Source: Nemertoderma westbladi
Taxonomy: Eukaryota; Animalia; Xenacoelomorpha
Reading direction: 5' to 3'
Length of the DNA: 41,544 bases
Assembly: GCA_032718475.1 (NCBI GenBank)
Contig: JAUCBJ010000909.1
Location: forward strand, 1-41,544
Below are positions 39,191 through 41,544 of this stretch, piece by piece (position 1 is the stretch's first letter; every line of letters begins with the position of its first letter). Below the pieces are notes generated by a model. The model saw nothing but the letters and a program-made list of their open reading frames with translations. It ran no database searches and was not told the DNA's origin. A program made the position numbers and the translations under genes.

Positions 39191-40033
39191 ACCAGCTCCC
39201 CAATCATCCAAATTCGCTCGACATAGTAGTAGTAGTACCAGCTCCCCAATTGTCCGAGTTCGCTTGACCTAGTAGTAGTAGTACCAGCTCCCCAATTGTC
39301 CGAGTTCGCTTGACCTAGTAGTAGTAGTACCAGCTCCCCAATTATCCAAGTTCGCTCGACATAGTAGTAGTAGTACCAGCTCCCCAATTGTCCGAGTTCG
39401 CTTGACCTAGTAGTAGTAGTACCAGCTCCCCAATTGTCCGAGTTCGCTTGACCTAGTAGTAGTAGTACCAGCTCCCCAATTGTCCGAGTTTGCTCGACCT
39501 AGTAGTAGTAGTACCAGCTCCCCAATTGTCCGAGTTCGCTTGACCTAGTAGTATTAGTACCAGCTCCCCAATTGTCTGAGTTCGCTCGACCTAGTAGTAG
39601 TAGTACCAGCTCCCCAATTGTCCGAGTTCGCTTGACCTAGTAGTAGTAGTACCAGCTCCCCAATTGTCCGAGTTCGCTTGACCTAGTAGTAGTAGTACCA
39701 GCTCCCCAATTGTCCGAGTTCGCTCGACCTAGTAGTAGTAGTACCAGCTCCCCAATTGTCCGAGTTCGCTCGACCTAGTAGTAGTAGTACCAGCTCCCCA
39801 ATTGCCCGAGTTCGCTTGACCTAGTAGTAGTAGTACCAGCTCCCCAATTGTCCGAGTTCGCTCGACCTAGTAGTAGTAGTACCAGCTCCCCAATTGTCCG
39901 AGTTCGCTTGACCTAGTAGTAGTAGTACCAGCTCCCCAATTGTCCGAGTTCGCTTGACCTAGTAGTAGTAGTACCAGCTCCCCAATTGTCCGAGTTCGCT
40001 CGACCTAGTAGTAGTAGTACCAGCTCCCCAATT
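39191..40033 (+). repeat. 46-bp minisatellite, ~18 units, ACCAGCTCCCCAATTGTCCGAGTTCGCT(T/C)GACCTAGTAGTAGTAGT
   Basis: Unit starts at 39191 and 39237; highly homogeneous, with the first and fourth units more diverged. Confidence 0.97.
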
Positions 40034-41544
40034 AAACGCGCACACATTGCAGTACATACAATATATAGTGGTATTGGTAGCTATCGATTACATAGTGTAA
40101 TTATTATAGTAATACCACAGCCCATAATCACTTCAGCACCGCACTATTGAAACAAGAATGAGTTGACAACTTGAGTATGCTCTTATATACTACTAGATTA
40201 CCTGGTTGGAAATGTTGTTTTAACATTTTGTCAGATGGTCATGGGGCCATAGTGAAGGGATACGAGTAAATGTTGTAATGCGTGGTTAATATCATTCACG
40301 ATACTCATAACTGTTATCTCTTGGAAAAGAGCTAGGTCTCCTAGTCTTTTATTTAATCCAGTTCGTGCTCAATCCACAGACCTCGATACGATCATAACGA
40401 TTTGGGAATTATCGGTTTTCAGTATCTCTCTGCGGAAGTTAATATGCTGAGTTGCAATAGAGCTAATTTTATTGTATGTATGAACTTGGAGGTCTGATGA
40501 CTTGGTTGTATCTTTAAAATCCATGACAGTAAACTTGAACTCGGCCGAGAACATTATTGATCGTTATATGTACACATGATCATTGTACATTCGCTTGATG
40601 GAAGTAGCGAGCATGTAGAAGCTGTAATATCCAGTACATGTTGGCTTCTCAAGGATACCAACCTAGAGAGTGTAGATGAGATCGTAACCGAGACTGATAT
40701 GGAGACGTGAGTGGGGGACAGTTTCCACGAACCTTTTTTAGATAACTCGTACACGGCTTTTGGTGATGATTTCGATTTATTTATTATTCCGACAGATCTT
40801 CGGATCTTCGGCTTTCTCCTAGATATTGTTTATGGTAATTATTTGAACATTATTTCTTCATTATTTATTTAAATACAAAGAACAAGGATTACTAGTGGTC
40901 TCAAGCATTGCCGCCAGTAAAAACTCTCTACTCTCTAAATTTACCACCAAATTTATCTAATATATATAAAATATATATTATTGTATAAACATTTGAATCC
41001 TTTACAACTGCAACCATACGTGCGTCAGGTGGTTAACCAATAATTATTATTTATCTTTATTATATATTGCAATAAACATATGGTAAATTCCATAAGAAAC
41101 GGGCAAAAAAGTTAAAAAATAAATGCATAATTTGTTATCACTGAATACACTTTCTGGTGCCATTTTTACCATAGATTATATATTATAAAATAAAATAAAT
41201 AAATATATTATATTTAAAAAGTCAGCACTAGAGCCGTTTGTACAGATTTAGTAAAATTAATGAGACTATCTCTTTTTTTGAGATAATTCTTCAAAATTAA
41301 GTCAGTTTATGATCCGTCATAATTACTAAAGTACTCGGTATAAATTGATGTTTTCTTGTATCAATATCAAGGTTATCTATTACTGCATCAATTAAGCTAT
41401 TACAAAGTGGTAGTGCATACTTGCTTTTAAATAAAATTTGGTGTTAAATGAACTCTTGTAAATTTCACAAATGTCCGACACTTTTTTTCACAATTTTCTT
41501 TCTATTTACACGCCCAATTAAATAGAGTTGGTTTTGTGGAAGTT

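Noticed and set aside
40369-40754. Two abutting minus-strand ORFs that could be a frameshifted gene or transposon relic
   Set aside because: No domain motif that I can recognise.

Overview
Eukaryotic (most likely invertebrate animal) genomic DNA; no bacterial operon, CRISPR array, rRNA or tRNA is visible. Bases 1-15460 are a tandem array of a 24-bp unit (GGAGACACGGATATAGTACAGGTA, roughly 650 copies estimated from length). The rest looks like the introns and a few exons of a + strand ankyrin-repeat gene (exons 18781-18870, 20232-20380, probably 38595-38640). The main observation is that the satellite unit reads G-D-T-D-I-V-Q followed by CAG|GTAG, and this peptide joins in phase to the next exon (ILMFHGANPSRADHRGNYPLHLA) to make a canonical ankyrin repeat. 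The satellite therefore appears to be an amplified exon end plus 5' splice site. The next exon has the same arrangement: a 48-bp array starts inside its last codons and spans its donor. The following ~18-kb intron holds an intronless antisense gene for a MOLO-1/TPM-like single-pass membrane protein (23809-24825) and many nested transposon relics (RTE, L2-like, CR1, MITEs, non-autonomous DNA transposons), several with readable target-site duplications (TSDs). A third array (46 bp) lies at 39191-40033. All family assignments come from motif recognition by eye, not database searches.
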